DNA of 64,000 nucleotides from TPA_inf: Saccharomyces (taxonomy: Eukaryota): NCBI GenBank assembly GCA_000146045.2, contig BK006943.2:681752-745751 (forward strand), given 5' to 3'. This document shows, piece after piece, positions 1-11,900 of the stretch; positions within the stretch are counted from its first letter, which is position 1; each line of letters starts with the position of its first letter. A program made the position numbers and the translations under genes. The notes beneath the pieces are model-generated. The model had not been told where the DNA came from, ran no database searches, and saw nothing but the letters and a program-made list of their open reading frames with translations.

Positions 1-1534
1 CTGAATCAATCAATAAAACATTAATGTTTTTACGGGAGGATAAAACCTGTTGAATACCTGAGTGACCCAAATCATAAGACCAGGCATCGGAGCCAATTAG
101 CCAGCTTGATTTGAAAATAAAAGAATCGCTTGTTGGAGCTATCTTTAAGAATTTTAAGACAGTAGAGGAATCTTGATTAGATTGTAATAACTGAAATATT
201 TCCAAACCTGTCGCATTGGCCTCTTGTAATTGAGCTTCGTCAAGATCGCGTCCATTGAATGACAACCATTTAGATAATAGTTGAACAATTTTATTTGCAT
301 CCTCGGACAAGTAAAGACTTGGATCAAGAGAGGTTTTTGCTAAGCTGATCAATTCTTCACGCTGGGCTTCTTGTTTTAAAAAGCGTCCAAAACCAAATTC
401 TGGATTACTTGGTTCAATTGTCTCACTGGAAAATTGATTCAAAATTTGTAGATTTGATGAAAATAACTGTTTTAGCACTTTGATATAGGCGTCTTCTAAG
501 TTCACAACTTTTTTGACAGAAGAAATAAGTTGAGTAACTTCAGCTTGTTCCTCAGCCTTTTCATTGGATTCACCTAAAAATAAGTTATTATCTGGTTCCT
601 TCTTGTTAATATTCGATATGACGGTGTTGATAACGTTGCCATAATCATTCACATTACCAATATTAGTCAACACTACCTGCTCGATGTTCCTAGAAACTAA
701 TTCATTAAAATTGCCAAAGAAGTCCAAAAGAAATGGTTGAAATTCGTTTGATTGCGATTTCTTAGAGACACCCTGTAAAACGGCGATTTTGGTAACAGAA
801 GATGGCAGTATTTCCAAGAACTTGGAAAAATTCCATGGTCTGTATACTCTAATCTTGATCAATCCTACGTTTGAAGGCAATACGCTACTGAATTCCGCGT
901 CATATGGTGACAGGTTAACAATGACAGTGGTAATTGACTCTTTACCTTTAACCAGTTCAAAATTTGTCAATGAATCAGTAGCTTCTGATAATGCTACTTT
1001 AGTCTCTTCGTTAGCAATCTCCAAGGTAGGAAAGTCGATGTCTTGTTCAATAGCTGTACTCGTGCCAATTTTCTCCAAGTTAAGAAAATGGAAAACTGGG
1101 GTCAGAGAACTTGTAGCAATCTTATAAGAAGAGTCCGCGTTTGAAATTGCAGTTTGCAAATCAGAAGATATTAAGATGGGGAAAGAAAGATCCTTTAACG
1201 CAGGAATTGCGGAATAATCTTGCAAATTCAAATCCACTGTAATCACCAATGGAAGTTTATTAGGAAGAGAATATAGATGGTGGATGGATTTGACCAAAGT
1301 AGTTTCATCTGTAAAAACGGTAGTTAAAATGTCCTTAGAGAGTTGATCTTTGATGGTATTCAATGGATCTTGATTGTTCAATAGATGAGTAGCATCTGTG
1401 GCAACAGATTCTAGCCCTTTGAAGGATGAATGACTATTTTTTGTGCTAGTAGTGTAGAACACTTTATTTTGGGGAGCACTAGAGGAATATTGCGCCAACA
1501 ATTGTGGGAGCGTCAAGAGGTCAGAAGCAGTCAT
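1..1534 (-). CDS. MET5: 5' portion of the sulfite reductase beta-subunit gene; the C-terminal part lies outside the window
   Basis: The minus-strand ATG is at 1532-1534. Translation reads MTASDLLTLPQLLAQYSSSAPQNKVFYTTSTKNSHSSFKGLESVATDATHLLNNQDPLNTIKDQLSKD... with no stop in the ~150 codons I translated by hand. This matches my recollection of Ecm17/Met5 (YJR137C), which sits next to IML1. It is absent from the ORF track because it is cut by the window edge. Confidence 0.75.
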   Translation of the reverse strand, partial: MTASDLLTLPQLLAQYSSSAPQNKVFYTTSTKNSHSSFKGLESVATDATHLLNNQDPLNTIKDQLSKDILTTVFTDETTLVKSIHHLYSLPNKLPLVITVDLNLQDYSAIPALKDLSFPILISSDLQTAISNADSSYKIATSSLTPVFHFLNLEKIGTSTAIEQDIDFPTLEIANEETKVALSEATDSLTNFELVKGKESITTVIVNLSPYDAEFSSVLPSNVGLIKIRVYRPWNFSKFLEILPSSVTKIAVLQGVSKKSQSNEFQPFLLDFFGNFNELVSRNIEQVVLTNIGNVNDYGNVINTVISNINKKEPDNNLFLGESNEKAEEQAEVTQLISSVKKVVNLEDAYIKVLKQLFSSNLQILNQFSSETIEPSNPEFGFGRFLKQEAQREELISLAKTSLDPSLYLSEDANKIVQLLSKWLSFNGRDLDEAQLQEANATGLEIFQLLQSNQDSSTVLKFLKIAPTSDSFIFKSSWLIGSDAWSYDLGHSGIQQVLSSRKNINVLLIDS

Positions 1535-2815
1535 TCGCCAATCTTTTGTTTTTCTCTGGTTCCCGTTCCCTACTGTTACTTTATTAGTATATAAGGGATC
1601 TGAATAAATATCAAGACGATGGAAAAAAAATAACAAGCAAAGGAACCTTTCTATATCCCAATTTTATTTCACATTAAAAACTATCGTCTTCCAACACTTT
1701 ATATAACTGCTTGCAGCGGCCAGTAATTCGTCGCATCTCCATGACTCAAATTTTCCAGTGTCTCTTAGCAGTTAAACCATTCCTGCCTCTGTGTGGTGGT
1801 AATTGTGGCATTATGAGTTAAGAGATAATACGCACGTGATGAAATTCATTCTGTGAAATATCACGTGGACAAATTATATTACCCGGATTCATAAATCCAC
1901 GTATTTTACCTGCATCTTTATTGAGTGCTTAGTAAAAGTCAGTTGGTGAAATTCCGCAGATAAAACAGCATATTAGTTGCCTGAAAATAGCCTTATGTGT
2001 TGGTTTGATACGTCTTTGTCATTATATACCCAAAGGTTTGTAGTTCATGTTGCGGGTTGGTATGAATAAATTTTTCGTATTTAGTGATTATAATACTTAT
2101 TACCCATTTCGGCGGCTAATAAGGAATCTGCTAAGATAGGTAAATGTACAATACCATCAATGGCTTCTAAAAGTTTTCAAAGAAGTGGGATAAGGGATGA
2201 AAGTTGTGCGTGTGTTGGTTACTTAGGTTCTAATTTGGCTTCAATTTGAAGTGAGATGTTTTGTTTAACATTAGTTTCAAATTAACAGCTTTTGTGAGAA
2301 AATATATTTTGGATGAATAGCAGAAAATAGAAATCTGGAAATAAACAAAACAGAGCCAAAATTCTAAGCTTAATAACATGAATATTTGTTTATCTAGCAT
2401 CTTGTTCCTCCCACTCTTTTTCCGAAAATATGGCTAGCCAACTTAGGTGAATGGGGAAGGGTACTAGATTCATTCATTTATTTCTATTCAAGGACAAGAA
2501 CTTTTAACATAGTAAGACCTTTATGTTAGTTTGGTGCGGCTGACAAATTCATAGCTAATGTGCTAGAGCTCTTATATTGGTAATTACTAATCCTTCATTG
2601 CTATTATGACTATCACATTATAAGGTAATGAAAAATTAAATCATTGTGTACGGATTAAGTCCTTTCTCTAAAAGAGATCACGTGACTATTTGAATCACTA
2701 TCTATGTTAATCATTATTGTTTAAAAGATAGTAAGTGACAGAACAACGAATTGTTTCTGTAACTACTTTTTAAGCAGGGAAATAACTCAGCACTGACAAG
2801 GGACACTTTTTAAGG

Positions 2816-5800
2816 ATGTTCGCTAAATTGCATGGGAAGAAACAAAGACCAATTTCTTCCATCAATTCACAAACTCCAAGGACTAGCAATACTACTCACG
2901 CAAATAGCATATCCTTATCATCGGGTAATTTGATAGTAGGTTCCAATAGAAATTTAAGACAAAAGAAAGAGCAGTTTGGTTCTCAACAAAGGGCTTCCGG
3001 CAGAAAGCTGATTTCAAATAAGGAAAATGACGATAACGTCAACAATGGTGGTGACAACAATTATGACAATGGGGAACGGGTCCATCGCCATCATATTCCA
3101 GGACTGAAAATAAAGGCGTATCAAGCTGAATTAGGCTATCATGAGTCCCGATTTTCCGAGAATTTAGTGATGCTAAATCTAGTTGAGTTCCCGGATATAA
3201 AACCTGGTGATTTGGTAGAATTGAAAACATATCACAAAAATCCATCTGCATCGAACGGAGATAAGAAAATTTATTTTATTGCAAAAGATTTTGACGGAGA
3301 GACTAAAAGAAGGGCAAAAACATCTAATGTTTCAATACTTTCGGGTCAACTGCAAACTTTGTTAGATTTGCCTTCTAGGTCTAGGATATGGATAAAATTG
3401 AAACCAAACAAATTTGACTTACAGGCAGATGTGGTAGAGTTTAATATCAAAGATTGCCTACTAAATAGAGGTGATATGTGGGTTCTATCATCTAAGCTGG
3501 TAGATACATGTGTGTTTATGGATCAAAGACTGGCATTCTTAGACTCTATCAGAGGTACTATTAAGGGAATTTATCGAAATGGTAAGAAGATTGTTTCTGG
3601 ATATATTGGCGAACAAACAAGGATAATTTTTCGGTCCGAATCTGCCAGATTAATTTTTTTGATTCAAATAACTGATGAAATGTGGAACTTCGAAGAAACT
3701 GGTGAACAATTATTTCAAAAGATGGTTAATTCATTTTTCCCGAAGATCTTCAAAAAATGGAAAGATGTGGACACCCACCATACTATCACTATAGCCTTCG
3801 CTATATCAATGGACTTGTCTGATACATCATTCAAGGACTTAACACCCGGCGAATCTTTGAAAAATTCACAGGATTATTTTAGGATAGTTGTAGATCAAGT
3901 CAGTATTATCCATTGGGTTGATATTATGGAAACATTAAGAGAAGAATTTATGGAAATCAGAAAAGATTTATTAAACAAGCAAACGGATAAGGGTTACAGT
4001 GTAGCGAATGGAAGATTTTCACCTGTAATCAAGTCGAATTTTCTCGAATTGGTCAATTTTGCCACGACAATTTTAACGGATCCTTTCAAGCAATTAGATC
4101 TTCGACACACTACAACGCACGTCATGATTATTTCACCAGGGTCTGGATTATTTGACGTTGATTATAGTTTATTAAGGCTAACAGGAAAAAAACTACTCTC
4201 TCTTGAAATGACGATGGATTTAATATGTCTTTCAAAAGCTCCATTGCACATAGTTCCACTTTTTAGGTACCGAGACTTTGAGAACAAGCTTCATCATTGT
4301 GTACCGCTTTGGTTAAGTGTTTTCTTTTGGAATGATCATGACAAAAAGAGTAACTCAGAATGGACTCCAAGATGTAAAATTTATGACTTACAAATGATGG
4401 GGATTACTGAAAATGAGTTAATTCGGGAAGTGGATGTTGAATATTTACAGCTGAACAAGAAAGTCAAATCACTATCCGAGTTTATGAATGATTACGACAA
4501 AAATGCCTTCGAGGTGAAAATTTTATGCGCTGGCTCTAATACGAAACAATCTAAGAAATTAAATTCAAAGTTTGATACCGTCTTCGAGAATGATGTTGTT
4601 GTGAAGGCAAGGAAAATCCCGGCAACAGCAACAACAACACACGGTAACACAAAATTCATATGGAGAGGTCCAAAAGTTGCTCTCCCAGCCATTAAGGATA
4701 TTCAAAAACCAAACGTAATACCAGATCTATCAATAAAAACAATAGAGGCCTCTTTTTATGATGATTGTAATACTACAAATGATAAAATTAGCACTCCCAC
4801 CACTTCTAACAATGACAATCTCGAAATGAATGACTCATTGGTCTCTGTGAGATCTGCTGATAACCAAAACACATCTTTGGCGCTGGATTCGCTCAAAGGA
4901 CTAAGCAAAAGGAACTCATTGAAAGATTTTACTCAAAGAGTAATTACAAAATTTATTTCGAACATAGACACAAGTAAAAATAAAAAAATAAAGTCAACAT
5001 TACTCAGAGATGATGTGGATAACTCACCTTTAGGTTCAAATACACCACTACCATCTTCTGAAAGTAAAATAAGTGGCCTGAAATTACAACAAAAAGGCCT
5101 GGCAGATGAAAACGTTATCAGTAAACGTGGAAATTTGATAATAAAGAAAAACCTATCCATTTTTGGGCTACCTAGTAATGAAATCATGAGTGGTTCACCC
5201 TCCTCATATTTAGGCTCATCACATACCAGAACATCCTCTAAACTTTCTAATATGTCAGACAAGGCTGCTTTCATTACAGAAGGGCAAAAATCAAAACATG
5301 ATGACTCGAACACTTATAGCCTCACACAGCAATTGAAACATCGTATAAGTGAAACTTGGGTGGATATTAAAAGTCCTTCCATTCCGGTAAGTAGTGAATT
5401 TGCCAACGAATTATTGCCTATACGTTGGAAAGATGTATGGCCAAAATATGTGGCCAGAAAATATAGTAAATGGAGGTCTTTTACAACCCCAGCAGAGTTA
5501 CCAATCACAATTTCTGATTTTCCATCCAAGGATGATTTTGATAGGAACTTCATCTTCAGAAATCACTCAGTGACTTTAAACACAGATCAAGAACAATATA
5601 ATCAGACATACAAAGACTTACTTCGTGATATGATTTATATGCGACTGTTAACTGGTTTTCAAATCTGCGTGGGCCGACAAGTAGAAAAAATAGAACTTTC
5701 TAGGGAAAGTGGTGAAAGTGAAACTGTAGTCAACAAGTATTTAGATTTCAATCAAAATGATGCGTTCAAACTTTATCTAATGATCGACTCTGAAATACAC

Positions 5801-7570
5801 AGAATAACATGCTCGTCAAGTGGAATTATTGATGTGGAGAGGTATTTGAGAAAAGATGAAGCAAACTTGTTTGATCAGGTTCCTAGTTATATTCCGTTGG
5901 TTAAAACGAGATACGAGAGCTCATTTCGTGATGCTATGATTGACCCACTTCATGTTAAAAGAGAATCTTTGAACTGGAATCAAATTGATCAGGTTCTAGC
6001 AGGTTATGGCGATAACTTAATAGATAGGAAATGGCACGGATTTCGAGCTAAATATGTGGTGTTACCAACAGATATCCCTCCCAACACATATTCTATGGTT
6101 ATCAATGGTAAAAGCGAAACTTTAAACCCAGAAGAAATCAGAGTCGAGGGTTTGAGAAGATTAATTGGCTCAATAACGAGGTCAAGACTAAGAACAGAGA
6201 AAGAAAAAAAAGGAAGAAAAACTAAGAGAGAAGAAATACAGCCTGAAGTTATGTTTTACACCGGCCCGCTTTACAACTTCATTAATGAGCAACAAACATC
6301 TTTAGAAAGCTCGGCTATAAATTTTAAAGATTCAATTTTTGTTAATGATAATAACCTTTTAAACAGAAATGTAGAACTATCCAAGTTGGCGTATCAAATT
6401 CAACGTGGCGAAGATCGCATTACTTTAGTCAACAGAAAATGGCACTGGAAAAAGCATGAAAAGTGTTTTGTTGGCTCGGAGATGGTTAATTGGCTCATAA
6501 GAAACTTCTCTGATATAGATACTCGAGAAGATGCAATTAAATATGGGCAGAAGGTGATGAAAGAGGGATTATTTGTTCACGTTTTAAATAAGCACAATTT
6601 TTTGGACGGGCACTACTTTTACCAGTTCTCACCTGAATACGTAATGGACACTAATAAACTAGAAAAAACAAACTCCCATCGCTCTACATTATCCGATCCA
6701 AAGCAGATGTTGAGAAAAGCATCCACTGGTAGCTCAAACGATCCAAGCGCTATGACTCCTTTTTCTTCAGTAGTACCTGCTATAAGCGCTTCGAATGCTT
6801 CAGTTGCTGACGCCAAAGAGCCATCACGCCCTATTTTAATGCTGAGTAACTCTCTTGTTATCGATGTTGATCCCGCGGGAAAATCCTCGAAACAAGAATC
6901 GTGTACAGTCCATTATGACAGAGTTCATAACCCCGACCACTGTTTTCACATAAGATTGGAATGGTTGACTACCACCCCAAAATTGATCGATGATTTGGTT
7001 GGGAACTGGTCAAGGTTATGCGAAAGGTACGGTTTGAAAATGATTGAAATTCCTTGGGAAGAACTTTGTACTATCCCTTCGGTCAATCCATTTCACTCTT
7101 TTGTGGAAATTAAGTTAGCTATCAATCCTTGGGAAGATCCTGAGTTCAAGGATAGGGAGCTTTTCGCTAAAAGCAAATTCTACTACCACGTTTATCTTTT
7201 AAAGGCATCTGGGTTTTTATTAGACAATAGGGCATCCAAATTTTTACAAAATCAAGATATAGAGTTTGACATCATGTATTCATGGGGCAAACCACAGTTC
7301 AAATATGTTCAATATATTCATCATACGGGTGCTTACGTCGCGGAATTGAGGGAAAATGGCTGCCTATTTTTAGCTCCTAACAACATTTATATATCCAGAG
7401 TGAATCCGGGAAACATAATCGGGAAAATTCATTCTGCTTCAAGCTCTTCATTAGATGCTCAAAAAGTGATCCTAAATTTCAAATCAACTTGCTTGGACTA
7501 TCAGAAGTTAAGGTCAATTTTCCTTGACGCAAAGGAAATGTGGATTACAGGAAAGATTGTAGAAGATTGA
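2816..7570 (+). CDS. IML1: Iml1, SEACIT/GATOR1 subunit (DEPDC5 orthologue) acting as a GAP for Gtr1; 1584 aa
   Basis: A 1584-aa ORF starting at an ATG at 2816. The length and N-terminus (MFAKLHGKKQRPISS...) match Iml1 (YJR138W). Confidence 0.9.
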   Translation: MFAKLHGKKQRPISSINSQTPRTSNTTHANSISLSSGNLIVGSNRNLRQKKEQFGSQQRASGRKLISNKENDDNVNNGGDNNYDNGERVHRHHIPGLKIKAYQAELGYHESRFSENLVMLNLVEFPDIKPGDLVELKTYHKNPSASNGDKKIYFIAKDFDGETKRRAKTSNVSILSGQLQTLLDLPSRSRIWIKLKPNKFDLQADVVEFNIKDCLLNRGDMWVLSSKLVDTCVFMDQRLAFLDSIRGTIKGIYRNGKKIVSGYIGEQTRIIFRSESARLIFLIQITDEMWNFEETGEQLFQKMVNSFFPKIFKKWKDVDTHHTITIAFAISMDLSDTSFKDLTPGESLKNSQDYFRIVVDQVSIIHWVDIMETLREEFMEIRKDLLNKQTDKGYSVANGRFSPVIKSNFLELVNFATTILTDPFKQLDLRHTTTHVMIISPGSGLFDVDYSLLRLTGKKLLSLEMTMDLICLSKAPLHIVPLFRYRDFENKLHHCVPLWLSVFFWNDHDKKSNSEWTPRCKIYDLQMMGITENELIREVDVEYLQLNKKVKSLSEFMNDYDKNAFEVKILCAGSNTKQSKKLNSKFDTVFENDVVVKARKIPATATTTHGNTKFIWRGPKVALPAIKDIQKPNVIPDLSIKTIEASFYDDCNTTNDKISTPTTSNNDNLEMNDSLVSVRSADNQNTSLALDSLKGLSKRNSLKDFTQRVITKFISNIDTSKNKKIKSTLLRDDVDNSPLGSNTPLPSSESKISGLKLQQKGLADENVISKRGNLIIKKNLSIFGLPSNEIMSGSPSSYLGSSHTRTSSKLSNMSDKAAFITEGQKSKHDDSNTYSLTQQLKHRISETWVDIKSPSIPVSSEFANELLPIRWKDVWPKYVARKYSKWRSFTTPAELPITISDFPSKDDFDRNFIFRNHSVTLNTDQEQYNQTYKDLLRDMIYMRLLTGFQICVGRQVEKIELSRESGESETVVNKYLDFNQNDAFKLYLMIDSEIHRITCSSSGIIDVERYLRKDEANLFDQVPSYIPLVKTRYESSFRDAMIDPLHVKRESLNWNQIDQVLAGYGDNLIDRKWHGFRAKYVVLPTDIPPNTYSMVINGKSETLNPEEIRVEGLRRLIGSITRSRLRTEKEKKGRKTKREEIQPEVMFYTGPLYNFINEQQTSLESSAINFKDSIFVNDNNLLNRNVELSKLAYQIQRGEDRITLVNRKWHWKKHEKCFVGSEMVNWLIRNFSDIDTREDAIKYGQKVMKEGLFVHVLNKHNFLDGHYFYQFSPEYVMDTNKLEKTNSHRSTLSDPKQMLRKASTGSSNDPSAMTPFSSVVPAISASNASVADAKEPSRPILMLSNSLVIDVDPAGKSSKQESCTVHYDRVHNPDHCFHIRLEWLTTTPKLIDDLVGNWSRLCERYGLKMIEIPWEELCTIPSVNPFHSFVEIKLAINPWEDPEFKDRELFAKSKFYYHVYLLKASGFLLDNRASKFLQNQDIEFDIMYSWGKPQFKYVQYIHHTGAYVAELRENGCLFLAPNNIYISRVNPGNIIGKIHSASSSSLDAQKVILNFKSTCLDYQKLRSIFLDAKEMWITGKIVED

Positions 7571-7693
7571 GTAGCCCCATGACATGGATGAGTTTCTTCA
7601 CAAAGTAAATAATATTCGAACGTGGATAGTAAAGCATAATGTTATCTATTTATATATAAATATACCTATGTTTTTATATGTCTGTTTACTGAT

Positions 7694-8773
7694 CTAAAGT
7701 CTTTGAGCAATCTTGATAACATCACCCAAAACACCAGCGGCAGTAACGGCAGCACCGGCACCGGCACCTTGAATGACAACAGGATTGGTGTAACGCTTAG
7801 TCTTGATGGAAATAACGTTATCTGATCCCTTCAATGATGCGAATGGGTGTGAGTAATCGTACTTTTCAATTCCTACAGACACAGATTTGGTGGCAACATC
7901 GACTTTACCAATGAATCTCAATACCTTATTTTCAGTGGCAGCTTCCTTCTTCAATTGAGTCAAATCTTTATCGTAATCAGATAATTTTTCCAAGAATTCA
8001 TCAGCAGACTTGACAGATTCCAATGGTTTTGGAATCAAAGACTGGACAGGGAAGGAAGTTGGAGATTCAACTTCCACACCAGATATCCTACCAACAATGG
8101 TAACCTTTCTAGCAACATCCAACCCATTCAAATCATCTCTTGGATCTGGTTCAGTATAACCCAATTTTTTAGCAACTTTGACAACATCAGAGAATTTGAC
8201 GTCGTTAGCTTGACTAGTGGAGAACTCGTTGAAAATATAAGATAGAGTACCAGAGAAGATACCTTCAATTTTTTCAACTTCGTCACCGGTTTGAATAATT
8301 TCTCTTAAGAAACTGATGATAGGCAAACCAGCACCGACGGTAGCTTCATGATAGACAAAACCGTTAGTTGGCTTATTTGAGAAAAGAGCCTTCCAGGTAG
8401 CCAAATCAGAGGAAAAGGCCTTCTTGTTTGGAGTAGCAATGGAAATACCATTTTCGACAAACTTAGTGTAAAAACCAGCAATGTAAGCGCTGGAAGTGTT
8501 ATCAACCAAAATGACTGGCTTAGGTGAAGTCTTCAAATGAGCAATTAAATCATCCAAAGGCAACGTTTTAGTAGTGGAGGCTGCTAAAGCAGCCTTCCAA
8601 TCAGAACCAACATTTAATGGAGAAAAGTCCTTGGAGATTAAAGAACGCTCAGCTTCAGCCAAAAGAACTAGATTGTAAGTAATGGTAGACTTCATGGCTA
8701 ACAATTGATCCAAGAAAGCTGAACCAACAACACCGGCACCGATAACGGCAACATTAACAACTTTAGTGCTCAT
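7694..8773 (-). CDS. HOM6: homoserine dehydrogenase, 359 aa
   Basis: MSTKVVNVAVIGAGVVGSAF carries a Rossmann GxGxxG motif, and length and sequence match Hom6 (YJR139C). A poly(T) tract sits directly 5' of the ATG, which is at 8771-8773 on the minus strand. Confidence 0.95.
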   Translation of the reverse strand: MSTKVVNVAVIGAGVVGSAFLDQLLAMKSTITYNLVLLAEAERSLISKDFSPLNVGSDWKAALAASTTKTLPLDDLIAHLKTSPKPVILVDNTSSAYIAGFYTKFVENGISIATPNKKAFSSDLATWKALFSNKPTNGFVYHEATVGAGLPIISFLREIIQTGDEVEKIEGIFSGTLSYIFNEFSTSQANDVKFSDVVKVAKKLGYTEPDPRDDLNGLDVARKVTIVGRISGVEVESPTSFPVQSLIPKPLESVKSADEFLEKLSDYDKDLTQLKKEAATENKVLRFIGKVDVATKSVSVGIEKYDYSHPFASLKGSDNVISIKTKRYTNPVVIQGAGAGAAVTAAGVLGDVIKIAQRL

Positions 8774-8998
8774 TTTTTTTTTATTATTCGATTGATGATA
8801 CTATCTACGTTCTTAAAACAGTCCTGAGTACACACACAGAAGATTTAGCTTCAACAAATTGTCTATCGCTAACCGCAATATTTACATATTCTTTATACAT
8901 TTCTGTTCCATTCAACCCAACTTTACCACCAGGGCACACTTCTTCCAAAATATGGTCATCAACACACCCGTACACCACCATGTGCGTTATTGAAAAAC

Positions 8999-11900
8999 TC
9001 ACGTGATCTTATCCACTAATAGCCTCACTCTATCGAAGACTTCCTTCTTTGTAACACGTTTCTTAATTGCACTTGGCTTAGAAGTAGGGTCTGGAGTGCT
9101 TTTTGATGTCACAGAACCTGATGACGGTAGTGCTGGATTGTTTTCATCGTTCACGTCTGTGAGGGATTGATCCTGTCGAGCTAGAGGAAAATAGAGATAC
9201 TCGAAATAAATGCCCAAGCAAACGCTGTCAAATGCAATTCCGCTATGTCCCTTTTTCAACTGGAAAGCAAGTTTTAACCCGGATGATATTTCTTCAGGGT
9301 ACTTTCCTTGGTCGAAAACTTGGTTCAGTTGCTCACTAATCTTCAGGAATTCTTGGTAGTTCAAGGTTGGAAGGATTTGCTCCACGTAGCTCTTGTCTTG
9401 CAATTGCAGCTTGATTTTGGCACTTTGCGTGTACACATTAATGGCACGCTCTAATAGTTCGTTTACGTTCACAGTTCCAGAACCAAATCGCCTTAGCTTT
9501 TTTATAACAAGACCTGTTGTATTGAAGTCTTTTATTGCGAAGAGTAAATCCAAATACAAAACCAGGTACTGGTAAGTATAGATGAAATGTTTCCCTGGCC
9601 TTTCAAAATCTGGTTTCCATATATTGACCAAGTTTTTGTTTATACTTTTTGCGGATATTAAGCTATCCATCTCCTCCAAAGCACCGTTCACATCACCCAA
9701 ATCGTCAAACAATATGCGCGCTATTCTGTAACGAGGTCTGTGCTGCCATTTTTTTTTATCAACAGATAGTAAATGGCGAAGTAGTCTTATGATTTTGTCA
9801 AAAAAGAATTTTTCTTGATAATCCCATGCAAGACCTTCGTCGTTGACCCAAAATTCCTCTTGTTCCTGGAAGAATTGGTTATCTTTAGACAGTAAGGTCA
9901 GAGCTTCGTTAACACCTATGACGCCTCTTTTTACCCACTTGTAACAAGCATTAACTAACAGATAATGGGGTTCTATGATCGGATCTTTAGCAGGTGATGA
10001 CTCATAAGCTATTTGGCAACCCTGAGTAATATATTTGGCAACTAATTTACAATTATTACCACCATCTGTTTTGAAAAAGAACTTGGCCAGATTGTAAAAA
10101 CTAGACCAATTCAACACGAATACATCGTCCTGTGACTTGATATCGCCGGATAAAGAACAAGCCCTATTAAAACATAAAAATATACTTTGCTCGATGTTAA
10201 AGTCTGAGATTGTGGTGATTTTCTTAGTTTTTTCCATTACTACTTCACCGGTTTCAGACAATCTCATTGTATTCTCAGCACTGCTTTTCCAGCTAAAACA
10301 AAGCTTATTCATGGGATTATAGTAGCCGCTAATCAGCATAGATCCTAAGTCATCCAATGCCTCCAATATAATCTTTTTATCGTCAATAGTTCGATCCAAC
10401 TTACTATAATAAATGGAAATGGCCATTAAATAACACAATATTGCCTTTCTTTGAGTCAAAGCAATAACATCTTTTTTCTCAGGGACAGTGATCTTATCTG
10501 AGGTCCATATTAAATCATCTTCAACAATATAACTGTAACACTTTCCGAGTAATATCCAACTTTCGAAACGGTTTGTGTTGTATATAATGTCATTCTTTAA
10601 CATTCTGATAATGGAGTCTAATTCAGAAGGTCTTGCTTGCATAGACTTCTTTCTCATTTTATACAAACCCAGGGACTGTAAGCTGGATACGTAGAACAAG
10701 CCGGCTGTCATGCCTTGCTGTAACTCGTCGTTTGGAGAAGTTAAATACAAACTTGTTGCACCAGAAAATGTATGCTTCAACAAGTCTGCCGTTATTGGCC
10801 TTGATAAATATTCATTTAATAGAAATGAGTTTCTAGATATGATATGATTGTCCAGCGTTGATGGGTCGCCAATTTTTTCTATAATATTATCCATTATCTG
10901 TTTTAGGGTGGTCTTTGACGACGACAGGTAAGGGTTCTTATTTTGATACTGTAATTTGATTAGATATGTACCTAAAGGCAAAGAGTGTATCTTTTCCATC
11001 TCTACCGCTTTTGTATCATGCAGATCAGGACTGAAGTTATCACTAGCTATCGCGTAGTGATATCTACACCACAGTATTTGCTTCAATTGTAAAAAAGAAT
11101 CATTATTAATGAACTGGCACAATAGTTTTTCAGCTAAATCTAGGAACTTTCCATTTGATGCATCACAAAAATGGAAATGTCCAAAAAGAGTGTGTAAGGA
11201 CCAAATTAGTTCCGTTGTTTCAATACCTTGTTCAGCAGGTGTCCTGAGCTTTGCTTGTAAATCATAATAATAAAGTATCAACGTCGCTAAATCTATCATT
11301 ATATCCTTCATTTTCCCTGATGATTTCGATGCTCTTTTGAAAAAAGACTTATTAGAAACGTCGTTAACCGCAGAGCTTTCATAGAAAAGGACAGTATAAA
11401 AGAAGAAGAATGTTTGCAGCAGCTTTTCAAACATATAGTCCTCCAAGACAAAATCGCTGCTTTCCCACCTATTTGAATTTAGTATCGCTGTCAGTTGGCT
11501 TGAGAGATAGCCAATTGCTGTCAACACTGTTAATAACATTTGGTGCCTTCCGTGTGGGTTCGATTCTTTGTAGACAGGTGACGTCAATGCGCCCTTCATA
11601 AAATCAAGTACGTGGAAATAAATTCTTTGAACATCCTGTATACTGGATTTTTTGACATATGACGAAAAGAGAACGCCCCAAAGTCTAATTTTCAATAAAA
11701 ATGGTGAGTTGAAAATAAAGGAAACCATCTCCTCATCAATATTTGAATGATTAGTCGAAGGGTGTAATATATGTAAAAGGACTTTTTCTAGTGTCTCTAG
11801 ATGATTTTCTGAATGAGTGTCAGAGTTCGTGTCTTCAGATATATCTTCGACTGTTATGTTTTGTATTATTCTTATTTTCCTTTTCTGGGATTGAACTGTG

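Noticed and set aside
11540-11580. tRNA T-loop-like motif GGTTCGATTC
   Set aside because: It is inside the HIR3 coding sequence, with no A-box, acceptor stem or anticodon-arm structure around it.
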